A DNA stretch of 64,000 nucleotides from Candidatus Babeliales bacterium (GTDB taxonomy: Bacteria > Babelota > Babeliae > Babelales > JACPOV01), in assembly GCA_050250855.1 (NCBI GenBank), contig JBFWNW010000001.1, forward strand, positions 1 through 64,000, given 5' to 3'. The position numbers were made by a program, and so were the translations under genes. Within the stretch, counting starts at the first letter, position 1. Every line of letters starts with the position of its first letter. Below the pieces are notes generated by a model. It was not told the DNA's origin and ran no database searches. It worked only from the letters and a program-made list of their open reading frames with translations. Of this stretch, positions 38,519 to 47,875 are shown in pieces.

Positions 38519-40606
38519 ATGAATGTAAAAAGAAATTCTATTTTTGTACTATACCTTATTGGTCTTACGTTAATAAGTGGCGGGTGCTATGGATTTTTGC
38601 GGCGAGGATTTTCAATGAACTATACGGATATTAAAAATGTTGCTGATGTAAAAGCACTCTTTCCTACAACGGTTGGTCAAATAGAAGAGTTGGTAAACAA
38701 AACAAAGCAAAATGCGCAAAAGCGTGTTGCAGAAATTATTGCCGTGCCAGATGCAGAGCGTTCGTTTGCCAATACAGCATTTGCATTAGATGAAGCTTCT
38801 GGTTTTTATTTGTCAGTACCGATCTGTATTCTTGTGGTATTGAGTAATGTAAGTCCAGATGATGCGGTACGCGATGCTGCTAATAAATATTTGGTAGAAT
38901 TATCACAATTTGCGATTGATCTTTTTGGTCAAAATGTTGAGCTTTATAATGCATTTAAAGCATATACGCAAGGCAATGCTCGTAAAGAAACATTAAATGA
39001 TGAAGAGAAGTACTTTATTAAAGAAACCATGGAAGAGTTTAAGCGTGAAGGCTTAGATTTTTCTGAAGAAAAGCGTAACAAAATAAAAGAGCTTAAAAAG
39101 CAGTTAGCAGAATTAAGCAATGATTTTGAAAAAAATATTAATGAAGATAAAACAACCGTTATTGTTACACCAGCTGAACTAAAGGGCATGGACGAAGATT
39201 TTATTAAAGGACTTAAAAAGACTGATGATGGTAATTACATTTTAACCATTGATTATTCCGTTTATTATCCTATTATAGAATACAACGAACTTTCACCAGT
39301 CAGAAAAAAAATGTATCAAGCATTTTTGAATCGCGCTTATCCTGTTAATATCGAAGTGCTTAAGAAAGTAATCAGCTTACGTGATCAACTTGCCAAAGAG
39401 CTAGGCTACAAGAGTTTTGCAGATTTGAATATTGATGGTGAAATGGCAAAAAATTCTGAGCATGCACGTCAGTTTATTAATAACCTTATTGACCGTGCAA
39501 AGCAAAAATCTGAGCAAGAATTTGAAGAACTCAAAACAGATTTACCAGAATCGGTTGAGCTTGAACAGGGCAAAATCAAACCATGGGATGGTGCTTTTGC
39601 TAAAGAAACCTTTAGAAAAAAACATTACCAAGTTGATGATAGAGAAGTTAAAAAATATTTCCCTATGCAAAAAACAATTGATGGACTTTTATCTATTTAC
39701 GAAAAATTCTTTAACATACAGTTAAAAAAATCAGAGCTTAACGATCTTTGGGCGCCTGATTTGACGATGATTGAAGCCTATAAGGGTGATACCTTACTAG
39801 GTTATTTAATTCTTGATTTGTATCCACGTCCTAATAAATATAGTCACGCTTGTGCCATTACTGTGGTTCCTACGCTAAAAACAAAAGAGGGCAGAACGCC
39901 AGCAGTTGCCGTAGTACTTGCAAACTTCCCTAAACCTGTAGGCGATAAACCTTCATTGCTTGAACTGACTCAAGTTCGTACCTTTTTCCATGAATTTGGG
40001 CATGCCATTCATGGTATTTTAGGAGCAACAGAACTTTCTACCTTCTCAGGCTTGAATACTAAGAGAGATTTTGTTGAAATGCCGTCTCAAATGCTTGAAG
40101 AATGGCTTTGGGATGCTGAAATATTAAAATTATTAAGCAGCCATTATCAAACAGGCCAACCGTTGCCAGATGATATGATTAAAAAGATTCTAGCAACCAA
40201 GAACTTTTCTTCTGGCGCATGGGTTACCCAGCAAGCTCTCTATGCATTACTTGCTCTTGATTATTTTGCACCAGGTATGGCAAAAGATGTCATGCAAATA
40301 CTATTTGCCTTAGAAGAAAAATTAAAGCCTCATATGGTTGTTTACAAAGAGACCCATATGCCAGCAGGATTTGGCCATTTAATGGACTATGGGGCCAAAT
40401 ATTATGGCTATTTATGGTCAAAAGTATTTGCGCTTGATTTATTTAACCATATCAAGAAGTATGGGTTGCTGAATCCTGAGATAGGTGAACAGTATGCTCA
40501 AAAAGTTATAGGTAAAGGTGGATCAAAAGATCCTAACGAGCTCCTAAAAGATTTCTTGGGCAGAGAGCCGAATGCAGATGCATTCTTTGCTGATTTAGGA
40601 TTGTAA
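38519..40606 (+). CDS. M3A family Zn oligopeptidase (thimet oligopeptidase-like) with N-terminal hydrophobic anchor/signal
   Basis: FFHEFGHAIH (HEXXH), DFVEMPSQMLEEW, FGHL..Y...YYGYLWS, FLGREPN. Confidence 0.93.
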   Translation: MNVKRNSIFVLYLIGLTLISGGCYGFLRRGFSMNYTDIKNVADVKALFPTTVGQIEELVNKTKQNAQKRVAEIIAVPDAERSFANTAFALDEASGFYLSVPICILVVLSNVSPDDAVRDAANKYLVELSQFAIDLFGQNVELYNAFKAYTQGNARKETLNDEEKYFIKETMEEFKREGLDFSEEKRNKIKELKKQLAELSNDFEKNINEDKTTVIVTPAELKGMDEDFIKGLKKTDDGNYILTIDYSVYYPIIEYNELSPVRKKMYQAFLNRAYPVNIEVLKKVISLRDQLAKELGYKSFADLNIDGEMAKNSEHARQFINNLIDRAKQKSEQEFEELKTDLPESVELEQGKIKPWDGAFAKETFRKKHYQVDDREVKKYFPMQKTIDGLLSIYEKFFNIQLKKSELNDLWAPDLTMIEAYKGDTLLGYLILDLYPRPNKYSHACAITVVPTLKTKEGRTPAVAVVLANFPKPVGDKPSLLELTQVRTFFHEFGHAIHGILGATELSTFSGLNTKRDFVEMPSQMLEEWLWDAEILKLLSSHYQTGQPLPDDMIKKILATKNFSSGAWVTQQALYALLALDYFAPGMAKDVMQILFALEEKLKPHMVVYKETHMPAGFGHLMDYGAKYYGYLWSKVFALDLFNHIKKYGLLNPEIGEQYAQKVIGKGGSKDPNELLKDFLGREPNADAFFADLGL

Positions 40607-40616
40607 AGAAAAAAGA

Positions 40617-40649
40617 AAGGAGCGCCTGTGTCAGGGGCAAGCGCTCCTT
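40617..40649. terminator. Terminator between convergent genes
   Basis: aaggagcgc...gcgctcctt stem preceded by an A-rich run (U-tract on the minus strand). Confidence 0.65.
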
Positions 40650-40668
40650 GGAGTGAGAGTGACCGAAC

Positions 40669-41334
40669 TTATTGTTCCTCAGTTTGCATCATACTTTGCA
40701 TTTTAGCTTTTAATGTTTCTAAGTGTGCTGGTGTTACGTTGATATTTTTGAAGAATACATAGCACCACTCACCAGAACCAGGCATACCTTTGCGGAAGTT
40801 AGGGTTTTTGAACTCTACTAAAGGTTCGCCAATTTGTTTCATATCAATGCCAGAAGCGCATACTATGCCAATATCAGCATGTTTTTCAGCAAAATCATTG
40901 AATGCTTTGTACATATTGTGCATATAAACCGGCTGGTTGTTTGCGCCAATATATGTTTCTTTACCAACTTTTTCATAAAGGAATTCAGTTCCTTTTGGAC
41001 CTTTGAAGCTTGCAATCATAGTCATACCAGTCATAGGTGCTGCGCTGTGAACTATGTTATGATTACGTGTTTTAAGGGCCGCTACTGTTGCATTAAGATC
41101 GTTCATTACAGGGATATGTTTTTGTGTATGGAACATAGAACGCTTTTGATCAAATGGAATTACAAGGTTTTGTGCTTCCATTTCTGCTTCTGAAAATTGT
41201 TCTTCAACTTCACCAGCTTTAGTAGCGATTTGGCTTACTTTTGGCTGTTGTTTAGTAAATTTTGTTATTGTTGCGCCTTGCGCATTAATAACAGTTATCA
41301 GTACTAACAGACTGATAAGATTCGACTTATTCAT
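40669..41334 (-). CDS. Exported hypothetical protein
   Basis: 221-aa ORF, aaggag RBS, signal peptide. Confidence 0.7.
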   Translation of the reverse strand: MNKSNLISLLVLITVINAQGATITKFTKQQPKVSQIATKAGEVEEQFSEAEMEAQNLVIPFDQKRSMFHTQKHIPVMNDLNATVAALKTRNHNIVHSAAPMTGMTMIASFKGPKGTEFLYEKVGKETYIGANNQPVYMHNMYKAFNDFAEKHADIGIVCASGIDMKQIGEPLVEFKNPNFRKGMPGSGEWCYVFFKNINVTPAHLETLKAKMQSMMQTEEQ

Positions 41335-41370
41335 AAAGGAACTCCTTTTTTAGTAAGGTTAACAATACTC

Positions 41371-41856
41371 TTATTTATTCACTTTCGTATACCCTTGGCC
41401 TTCTTTTAACTCGAAGCACCAATATTTTTCATTATTTTTCGTCATTTCTTTTGCACTGGCAAAACTTTTAAATCCGTATACATTATACGGGTTGCTAGGT
41501 TCAAATCCTGGTAATAATTCTTTCTTTATGCATACATTAAATACAGTATCTTGGTGATCATGGCCAACTTGTGCTGCAATTGAATAATCAGGATTTTGGG
41601 CAAAACCAACGGCCTTCATAAGATCTACCGTGGTTTCTACCACAATACGATTACCAATTTTAGGAAAATTAATTCTTCCTACACGGGCAGCATTCACAAA
41701 GTAAGGAATTCTGCCACCTTCAGTACGCTCAAGACCTTTTTGTTGAGCAGGATTTATAAATACTGCATTATAGGTAACGGTAGCCACAGCATTAAGCTCA
41801 AGTGCAAAATTTGTTAGCAGTAACGTTATGCATATTAAAGATAATAAACGCTTCAT
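41371..41856 (-). CDS. Exported hypothetical protein
   Basis: 161-aa ORF, ggggag RBS, signal peptide. Confidence 0.7.
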   Translation of the reverse strand: MKRLLSLICITLLLTNFALELNAVATVTYNAVFINPAQQKGLERTEGGRIPYFVNAARVGRINFPKIGNRIVVETTVDLMKAVGFAQNPDYSIAAQVGHDHQDTVFNVCIKKELLPGFEPSNPYNVYGFKSFASAKEMTKNNEKYWCFELKEGQGYTKVNK

Positions 41857-42023
41857 ACTCTCCCCTTTTTTAAACCTTTTTTTCTTTAGGGCCTTATAAT
41901 ATCTTTCTAATATAAATATTACAAATAGAATTAAACATTATGCAAGGGTTTTGTGAAATTTTCTCTAGATGTTTTTGTGTGCATGCTATAGAATAGCAAA
42001 AAAGCTTTAAAGTAAGGGTTGTT

Positions 42024-42614
42024 TTGAAGTCCATAGAAAAGCGCAACGGCATAGTTTTAAAAAATTATTGTCCAAATAAGCAGAAGCTTATTATTTTTGA
42101 TGAAGAGCTTGGCAAGATAGAGGCCATTTTTTTTGCTCGAGGCCATCATATGATAAGTGCAGGAAGTTATTTATGCTATTATGCAGAGCGGACAAAGAAT
42201 CAGTGGTATAAACTTGAGGGGTATGAACTATTTCATGCCCCTTTGCAGCTTGCTCGGTATGAGCTCTATTTTTATCATCATGTTCTTGAGCTGTGTTATT
42301 ACTTCATTCCCTTTGAATTACCCCTTGATGGTATATTTGATTTACTTAAGTTTTTACTGTATTCATACCATGAAGTAGCAGATTCTTATAAAAAAAAACT
42401 TTTTTTATTGAGATTTTTTGTCCAATTAGGTATATATCCAGAAGAAGAGTTTGGGTTGCATACCATTGGTGATTATTTGCTTTCTCAACCTATTGACGTT
42501 ATCTTGAATACTGAAATTGTTTCAGAAAAAGCTCTTGAAAGATGGTTGTTTTTTTGTATAAAAAGCCATCCTCAAAGTGATTATTTTAAAACTATGCTAA
42601 TAGGGTATAAATAA
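42024..42614 (+). CDS. recO: Probable DNA repair protein RecO (divergent)
   Basis: N-terminal GIVLK.....KL.IFDEELGKIEA pattern typical of the RecO OB fold; F.LRF..QLG.YP helix; TTG start. Confidence 0.55.
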   Translation: MKSIEKRNGIVLKNYCPNKQKLIIFDEELGKIEAIFFARGHHMISAGSYLCYYAERTKNQWYKLEGYELFHAPLQLARYELYFYHHVLELCYYFIPFELPLDGIFDLLKFLLYSYHEVADSYKKKLFLLRFFVQLGIYPEEEFGLHTIGDYLLSQPIDVILNTEIVSEKALERWLFFCIKSHPQSDYFKTMLIGYK

Positions 42615-45600
42615 TGATTCCTAATAAAAAAATTATTTTTTTGAGCTTGTTTATAGGTTTGTTCTCGATGCATTCTGCATCTGGTATTAAGTTGTTTGAT
42701 CCTGCACGTCTTTTTACGCCAGAAAAAGAAGATCGAGAAGATCAACTCTCTCTTCTTAAAGGGGAATATGAAAAGATTAGAGAAAATACTCAAGCAGAGC
42801 TAAAAAAGCTCCAAGAAAATATTGCAGTGGTTGAACGAGCTTTAAATGATGCAAAAAATCAACAAGCTGCATCGCCAGGACAGGATTTTTTAAATAAAAA
42901 AATTTCTCTTTTAAATGCTACTTACCAAGAAAAACTTAATATTCAATTTACCCTTAAAGAAATACCTCTTACTATAGAACAACAGATAAAAACGCTAGAA
43001 GAATACCTTAAAGCACCAGATTTTAAAGCCCTTATTTTGGAGCCTCGCTCTTTTTATCCTTATGATGTTGTTCAAAGCTCAATAAAAAAGGTTTTGGACC
43101 AAGAAGAGCGTATTAATAACCTGAAACTCCAAAGAAATGATGTAACGGTTGAGCTTGAAAATCGCAAAAAAAAGCTTGCCTCAGCTGCAAAAGATTACCA
43201 AGAAAAAAAGAAAGAGCAGGAGGAATTTAGCGCAAAAGCTCCAGAGAGCACTCCTTCTCAGGCAGAGCTTTCTTTTGAACAGCGTGGGGAGATTATTGAT
43301 TTAGAAGAACGTTATGATGGTTATTTGCAGCAACTTGCCGATTTGCAAGTTCAAGCTACCATGCGCAAAATAGCCCTTTTGAATACAACCATTTTTGTAG
43401 AAGAACAAAAACAAAAAGTTCTTGAAAATAATTTGGCTCGTGTAAAGGCGGGCTTGCGTATTACTGAAACTGAAGTTCAGGAAGCAAAAAATAGTGTAGA
43501 AAAACGTGATCAAAAGGCCCAAGCTTTACAGCAAACACGCCTAGAGGAAAGAAAAAAGCTTACCGCGTATAAAGAAAAGCTTAAAAGAGATCTAGAAATA
43601 GAAGCTAAGCGCTTGAATATGCCCGTTTTAGAGAAAGATGAATTAAGCTCTTGGGTTGTAGAGCAGCCATCCCTTGAAAGCTTTACGGCTTTGTGCCAAA
43701 TGGGTTTTTTGAATACAGAAATTAATGTAATTAATCGTAGAATAGATTTTTTGACGGCAGAAGTTGAGCTTGAAAAGGCTAAATCAGCGCGAGAAGCACT
43801 AAAATTTGCTATTTTAATGACCTGGCATGATCTTACTCATCGTAAATTTAAAGATAATGAGCATATTATTGCGGAACTAAAAAAATTCAAAGAGCGAGAA
43901 GCTGAAATTAATCGAGAGTTAAGCTCATTTCAGGATAAGCGCAATGCTGCAATTAATCAGTTAAATATTCAAAATAAAGAGCTCACCAACCTTCGAGCAT
44001 TTAGACAAGAGGTTGAAAAAGAACGCGAGGGCTTTTTTAGACGAGTTCCTGTTCGTTTTGTAAACTGTTTAAAGAGTTTACAGCGAGCAGAAAAAAACAT
44101 ACAAGATCAGATAGATATTAATGGTAAATTGATAGAAACCTATTCTAATCTGATTGCTACGCTCGATAGTACTATTAAAGAGATTAATATTATTACCATT
44201 GAGCTGAAAACTAAAAGTATTTGGCAGCGATCTCAATATGCTATTTCATGGCAAGGGGTAAAAAATATTATTCCAGACTTGGGATATTTTATTACCGACC
44301 TTTACCAGATAGCGGTTTCATTCTTTGCTAATTTAAAGTGGTCTAATATTCTTGCAACCTTTAACCGAATTTTTAATGCCCCAGGAAAAATTTTATTATG
44401 GGCTATTGTATTATTTTTACTTATTTCATGTTTTATATTTTTACGCAATAGGTTACCTGAATTTAGAGCATATTTAACTTCATTTTCTACAAAAGGTTTT
44501 TTGGCTGTTATTATTGAGCTGAGTGTATGTACTCTATTATTCATTGAGCGTTATTTGGTTTGGCTTTATATATGGGCCGTTATTTTTACAATGGTCAATT
44601 TTGATGTTGTTTCAGATTTATTTCTTGAAATAGTTTTTTACTTAGCGTCTATAGGTTACCTAATCTATTTTATAAGAAAATTTATTTATTATGTTATTTC
44701 TTATAATCGTAGGCATAATTATGTTATTTTTGCTCAAGGTTTTGAGAGACGTTTTATAACGGTAACTTCAATATTTTTTTATTTGACGATAGCAGTTCTT
44801 TTCTTTAGAGAGGCATTTATTTTAGCAACCGTTCATAAATCTGAATTACCCACTATCTTACTGGCAGGATATTCAATTTTTCTTCGCTCCTTACTAATTT
44901 TCTCAATTGGCAAAAACGAAATTTTGGGCTTAATAACACCCCGTGGCCCTATAACAACCTGGCTTGCATATGGGGTCGAGCATTATTATTACCCAATTTT
45001 AATTGCTATTACTGTTCTTATGGTTATGAGTGATCCTTATGTTGGAGGCTATGGTAACCTTGTTTCATATATTATTTGGGGTACCATAGGAACGGTTATA
45101 ATAACGCGTCTTTTATATATCATTCACACCTATGCGAAAAATTACTCTGAAGTTGTTTTCTTTTCAACCGAAGAAGAAGTAAAGAGAGAACGTTTTGGTT
45201 ATGCCAAAACATGGTACGGTATTTTTGCTATAGCACTTTTTTTGATTTTTATCTTAGTGGGCCTTTTATTTATTGCTCGCATATGGCATTTACCATTTTC
45301 TCTTGAAGATATTAGGAAATTTTTTGATTATGGTATTTTCAAGACCGGTATTGAATCTAAAAGTGGTGAAGATATTTGGTTTACACCCGGTAAACTTTTT
45401 GTCTTGCTTGGTTTTGTTGCCGGCGGCTTTTTGGCAGCTGTTGCTTTCAATCGTTTTGTGCTACACCGTATATTCGATATTTTACCAGTTGATCTTGGTG
45501 TGCAAAATACGGTTGTAAGTATTACGCGGTACTTGATTGTTATTATTTTTATATATTTAGGTTTTTCTTGGGCAAATCTGGGTAACTTATTAATAGCAAT

Positions 45601-46189
45601 CGGTATCGTTATCGGTTCGATTGGTTATATTGTTAAAGAACCGCTTGGTGACTTTATTTCATACTTTATTATTTTAGTACAACGTCCTATTCAGATTGGT
45701 GATTTTATTATGCTTGATCACGATACGCAGGGTGTTGTGCGCAAAATAACGCCACGATCAGTGATTTTGCGTCGTAAAAATAGCTATAGTATTATATTGC
45801 CTAACTCAATGATTTTGAATCGTTCAGTAAACAATTGGAGCTATGGCAGGAACTTCATAGCATTCGATGACATTTACTTTACCGTAAATTATCAGGCAGA
45901 TCCTGAAGAAGTCAGAAAACTTATGCATCAAATACTTGATGAAAGTACAGAAGTACTCAAAAGCCCCCAACCCATTATTCGCTTACATGAATTTGGGGAA
46001 TATGGCTTTGTATTTATGGTGCGTGGTTTTATTAGCAACATTAATATTCTACGCCAGTGGGATATAGCAAGTAACATTCGCTTTGCTATTATTGCAACGC
46101 TTCGTAAACACAAAATTAGCTTGGCAATTCCTGCTCGCGTATTGCTGCAGGATTCACAAAAAGCTTCAATGCTGCCAGATATTACTTAA
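42614..46189 (+). CDS. Large MscS-family mechanosensitive channel (MscK-like architecture)
   Basis: Signal peptide, long coiled-coil region, multiple TM helices, C-terminal MscS domain (IILVQRPIQIGDFI, ILPNS, NWS, P.P.I....FGE.G). Confidence 0.88.
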   Translation: MIPNKKIIFLSLFIGLFSMHSASGIKLFDPARLFTPEKEDREDQLSLLKGEYEKIRENTQAELKKLQENIAVVERALNDAKNQQAASPGQDFLNKKISLLNATYQEKLNIQFTLKEIPLTIEQQIKTLEEYLKAPDFKALILEPRSFYPYDVVQSSIKKVLDQEERINNLKLQRNDVTVELENRKKKLASAAKDYQEKKKEQEEFSAKAPESTPSQAELSFEQRGEIIDLEERYDGYLQQLADLQVQATMRKIALLNTTIFVEEQKQKVLENNLARVKAGLRITETEVQEAKNSVEKRDQKAQALQQTRLEERKKLTAYKEKLKRDLEIEAKRLNMPVLEKDELSSWVVEQPSLESFTALCQMGFLNTEINVINRRIDFLTAEVELEKAKSAREALKFAILMTWHDLTHRKFKDNEHIIAELKKFKEREAEINRELSSFQDKRNAAINQLNIQNKELTNLRAFRQEVEKEREGFFRRVPVRFVNCLKSLQRAEKNIQDQIDINGKLIETYSNLIATLDSTIKEINIITIELKTKSIWQRSQYAISWQGVKNIIPDLGYFITDLYQIAVSFFANLKWSNILATFNRIFNAPGKILLWAIVLFLLISCFIFLRNRLPEFRAYLTSFSTKGFLAVIIELSVCTLLFIERYLVWLYIWAVIFTMVNFDVVSDLFLEIVFYLASIGYLIYFIRKFIYYVISYNRRHNYVIFAQGFERRFITVTSIFFYLTIAVLFFREAFILATVHKSELPTILLAGYSIFLRSLLIFSIGKNEILGLITPRGPITTWLAYGVEHYYYPILIAITVLMVMSDPYVGGYGNLVSYIIWGTIGTVIITRLLYIIHTYAKNYSEVVFFSTEEEVKRERFGYAKTWYGIFAIALFLIFILVGLLFIARIWHLPFSLEDIRKFFDYGIFKTGIESKSGEDIWFTPGKLFVLLGFVAGGFLAAVAFNRFVLHRIFDILPVDLGVQNTVVSITRYLIVIIFIYLGFSWANLGNLLIAIGIVIGSIGYIVKEPLGDFISYFIILVQRPIQIGDFIMLDHDTQGVVRKITPRSVILRRKNSYSIILPNSMILNRSVNNWSYGRNFIAFDDIYFTVNYQADPEEVRKLMHQILDESTEVLKSPQPIIRLHEFGEYGFVFMVRGFISNINILRQWDIASNIRFAIIATLRKHKISLAIPARVLLQDSQKASMLPDIT

Positions 46190-46400
46190 TATTGGTTTTT
46201 TCTTCTACGGTCTTTCTGATTTTGCGCCATAATTGTGCTTCAAAGAAGCCATAGAAAATCATAGCAAGCGAGAAGAATATTAAAATCCAGTTAAGCCACT
46301 GCTGCAAGATATTGAGAGTATGGAGTAATAGTACTATACCGAAAAGCATAGTTATTACGCCACGGAACTCTTTACTTAAAAAATTAAAATCTCCAAACAT
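46182..46400 (-). CDS. Small two-TM membrane protein
   Basis: ATG 46400 with aaggag RBS; two hydrophobic segments and a basic tail. Confidence 0.65.
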   Translation of the reverse strand: MFGDFNFLSKEFRGVITMLFGIVLLLHTLNILQQWLNWILIFFSLAMIFYGFFEAQLWRKIRKTVEEKTNIK

Positions 46401-46463
46401 AGCATACTCCTTTTTATTTTCAGGGTAGCACATGCCGGAAGGCAAAAGCAAGAGATTAAGCTT

Positions 46464-46673
46464 TTAGAGCTTGGATTTAGGTGTTTTTACTGGAGCTTTT
46501 TTCTCTATATGGGGATCGGTTTGAGGGGCCTTTTCATCTGTCTTGGCCGTAGGAGGATTGATGGTTTGAGATTGGTTTTGAACTGATGATTCTACAGGTC
46601 TCATATTATCTAGAGCAGTAATAGATAGCACGATCACCATAAGACCTCCAGCAATAATATTGATAGGTTCCAT
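46464..46673 (-). CDS. Small hypothetical membrane-anchored protein
   Basis: 69 aa, abuts the upstream stop, aaggag RBS, N-terminal TM. Confidence 0.55.
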   Translation of the reverse strand: MEPINIIAGGLMVIVLSITALDNMRPVESSVQNQSQTINPPTAKTDEKAPQTDPHIEKKAPVKTPKSKL

Positions 46674-47213
46674 TTATTCTCCTTCTTTTAAAAATCCTTC
46701 TATAGGCCACGGTGTTTCAAGATCAATATGATAATCATGAAGTAGTTGCTCGTGAGTCAATATTACTATTTTTTTTATGGGAATAGTACTTGTACGTATA
46801 GTTTTTAAAAGTCCTTCCATGAGCATCCATTTTTCATACAGCGCATACTGTTTTTCAAAAGGATTGTGATCAAGAGATATGAGTGCCAGATTATCATGCG
46901 CTACGGCAACGGTTTGCACCGTAATTTTTTTAGGTATAACTTTTTCTTCATGCATAAGAGAAAACCAAGCATTTACCAAGTAATGTACTGTTTGGCTCAT
47001 ATCTTCTGACCATAACAATTCTATTTCTTCATGATGCCATTGGTGAGTGCGCCAAAAAAAAAGAGTTACTTTTTTTTTTGTAATAGCAGTTCTATCAAAA
47101 GAATAATCTGTATTGAATGGGCTACGAAAAATTATAAGATTATTAAGATAGACGTAAAGCAGAGCTCCTATGAGCAAAGATGCAGTAGAGAGTATTACTA
47201 TATTTTTTTTCAT
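46674..47213 (-). CDS. Membrane-anchored hypothetical protein, possibly GerMN-like
   Basis: N-terminal TM; coupled to the amidase (4-bp overlap); GerMN similarity is only by pattern and context. Confidence 0.6.
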   Translation of the reverse strand: MKKNIVILSTASLLIGALLYVYLNNLIIFRSPFNTDYSFDRTAITKKKVTLFFWRTHQWHHEEIELLWSEDMSQTVHYLVNAWFSLMHEEKVIPKKITVQTVAVAHDNLALISLDHNPFEKQYALYEKWMLMEGLLKTIRTSTIPIKKIVILTHEQLLHDYHIDLETPWPIEGFLKEGE

Positions 47214-47875
47214 GATGCATCCGGATTTATTATAGTTTCTAATGCATCTACTAATGCTTCAGCCAAGCAATGCCAATCGTTCCTTTTTTTAAGCCCTGCT
47301 TCTATGAGCAATGCAGGACAATTAATACCAAGCAATGGTTTGCAAGGAAGGCCAAAAAATCCTTTACAATCAAAATAACGTTTATATTTTTTTTTATTAA
47401 AGAATTGAAGCAAGTTTGTTCCATAAGAATAAGAAGATTCTGTATGAGCTCTATAAGCATGTTTGTAAGGAATAAAAGAAAAGCCATTATCGACATAAGG
47501 CCAAAAATCTGTTGCTGTATTATAAAGGAATTGATAGAGATACAAAGATGGTTTTTCTTCTTTTTCTTGATAAAAATGAATGCTCAGGTAAAGATCTGTT
47601 TTCATTCTGTTTGCAATATGAGCATTTTGCAAATGCTCTACAGTTTGGCCAGCAGAGCGAGAGAGTACAACGTGTACGTATGGATAGAGTTCATTCAGAT
47701 TTTTTTTTAGTGCTTCTGCGCATTGGAGTGTGAGTCCTCGTTCAAAACAATCGTCAATTTCACGCCCTTCATACTTTGCATGGCCAGCTGGATCAAGCAT
47801 AAGCGTAAAGCTTTGTATGTTGTAGCACGGAGTAAGCAATAAAAAAAATAGAAAAAAAATTGTTTTTATCGGCAT
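47210..47875 (-). CDS. N-acetylmuramoyl-L-alanine amidase (Amidase_3)
   Basis: LDPAGH...E, AN....DLYLSIH, PALLIEAG motifs; signal peptide. Confidence 0.85.
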   Translation of the reverse strand: MPIKTIFFLFFLLLTPCYNIQSFTLMLDPAGHAKYEGREIDDCFERGLTLQCAEALKKNLNELYPYVHVVLSRSAGQTVEHLQNAHIANRMKTDLYLSIHFYQEKEEKPSLYLYQFLYNTATDFWPYVDNGFSFIPYKHAYRAHTESSYSYGTNLLQFFNKKKYKRYFDCKGFFGLPCKPLLGINCPALLIEAGLKKRNDWHCLAEALVDALETIINPDAS

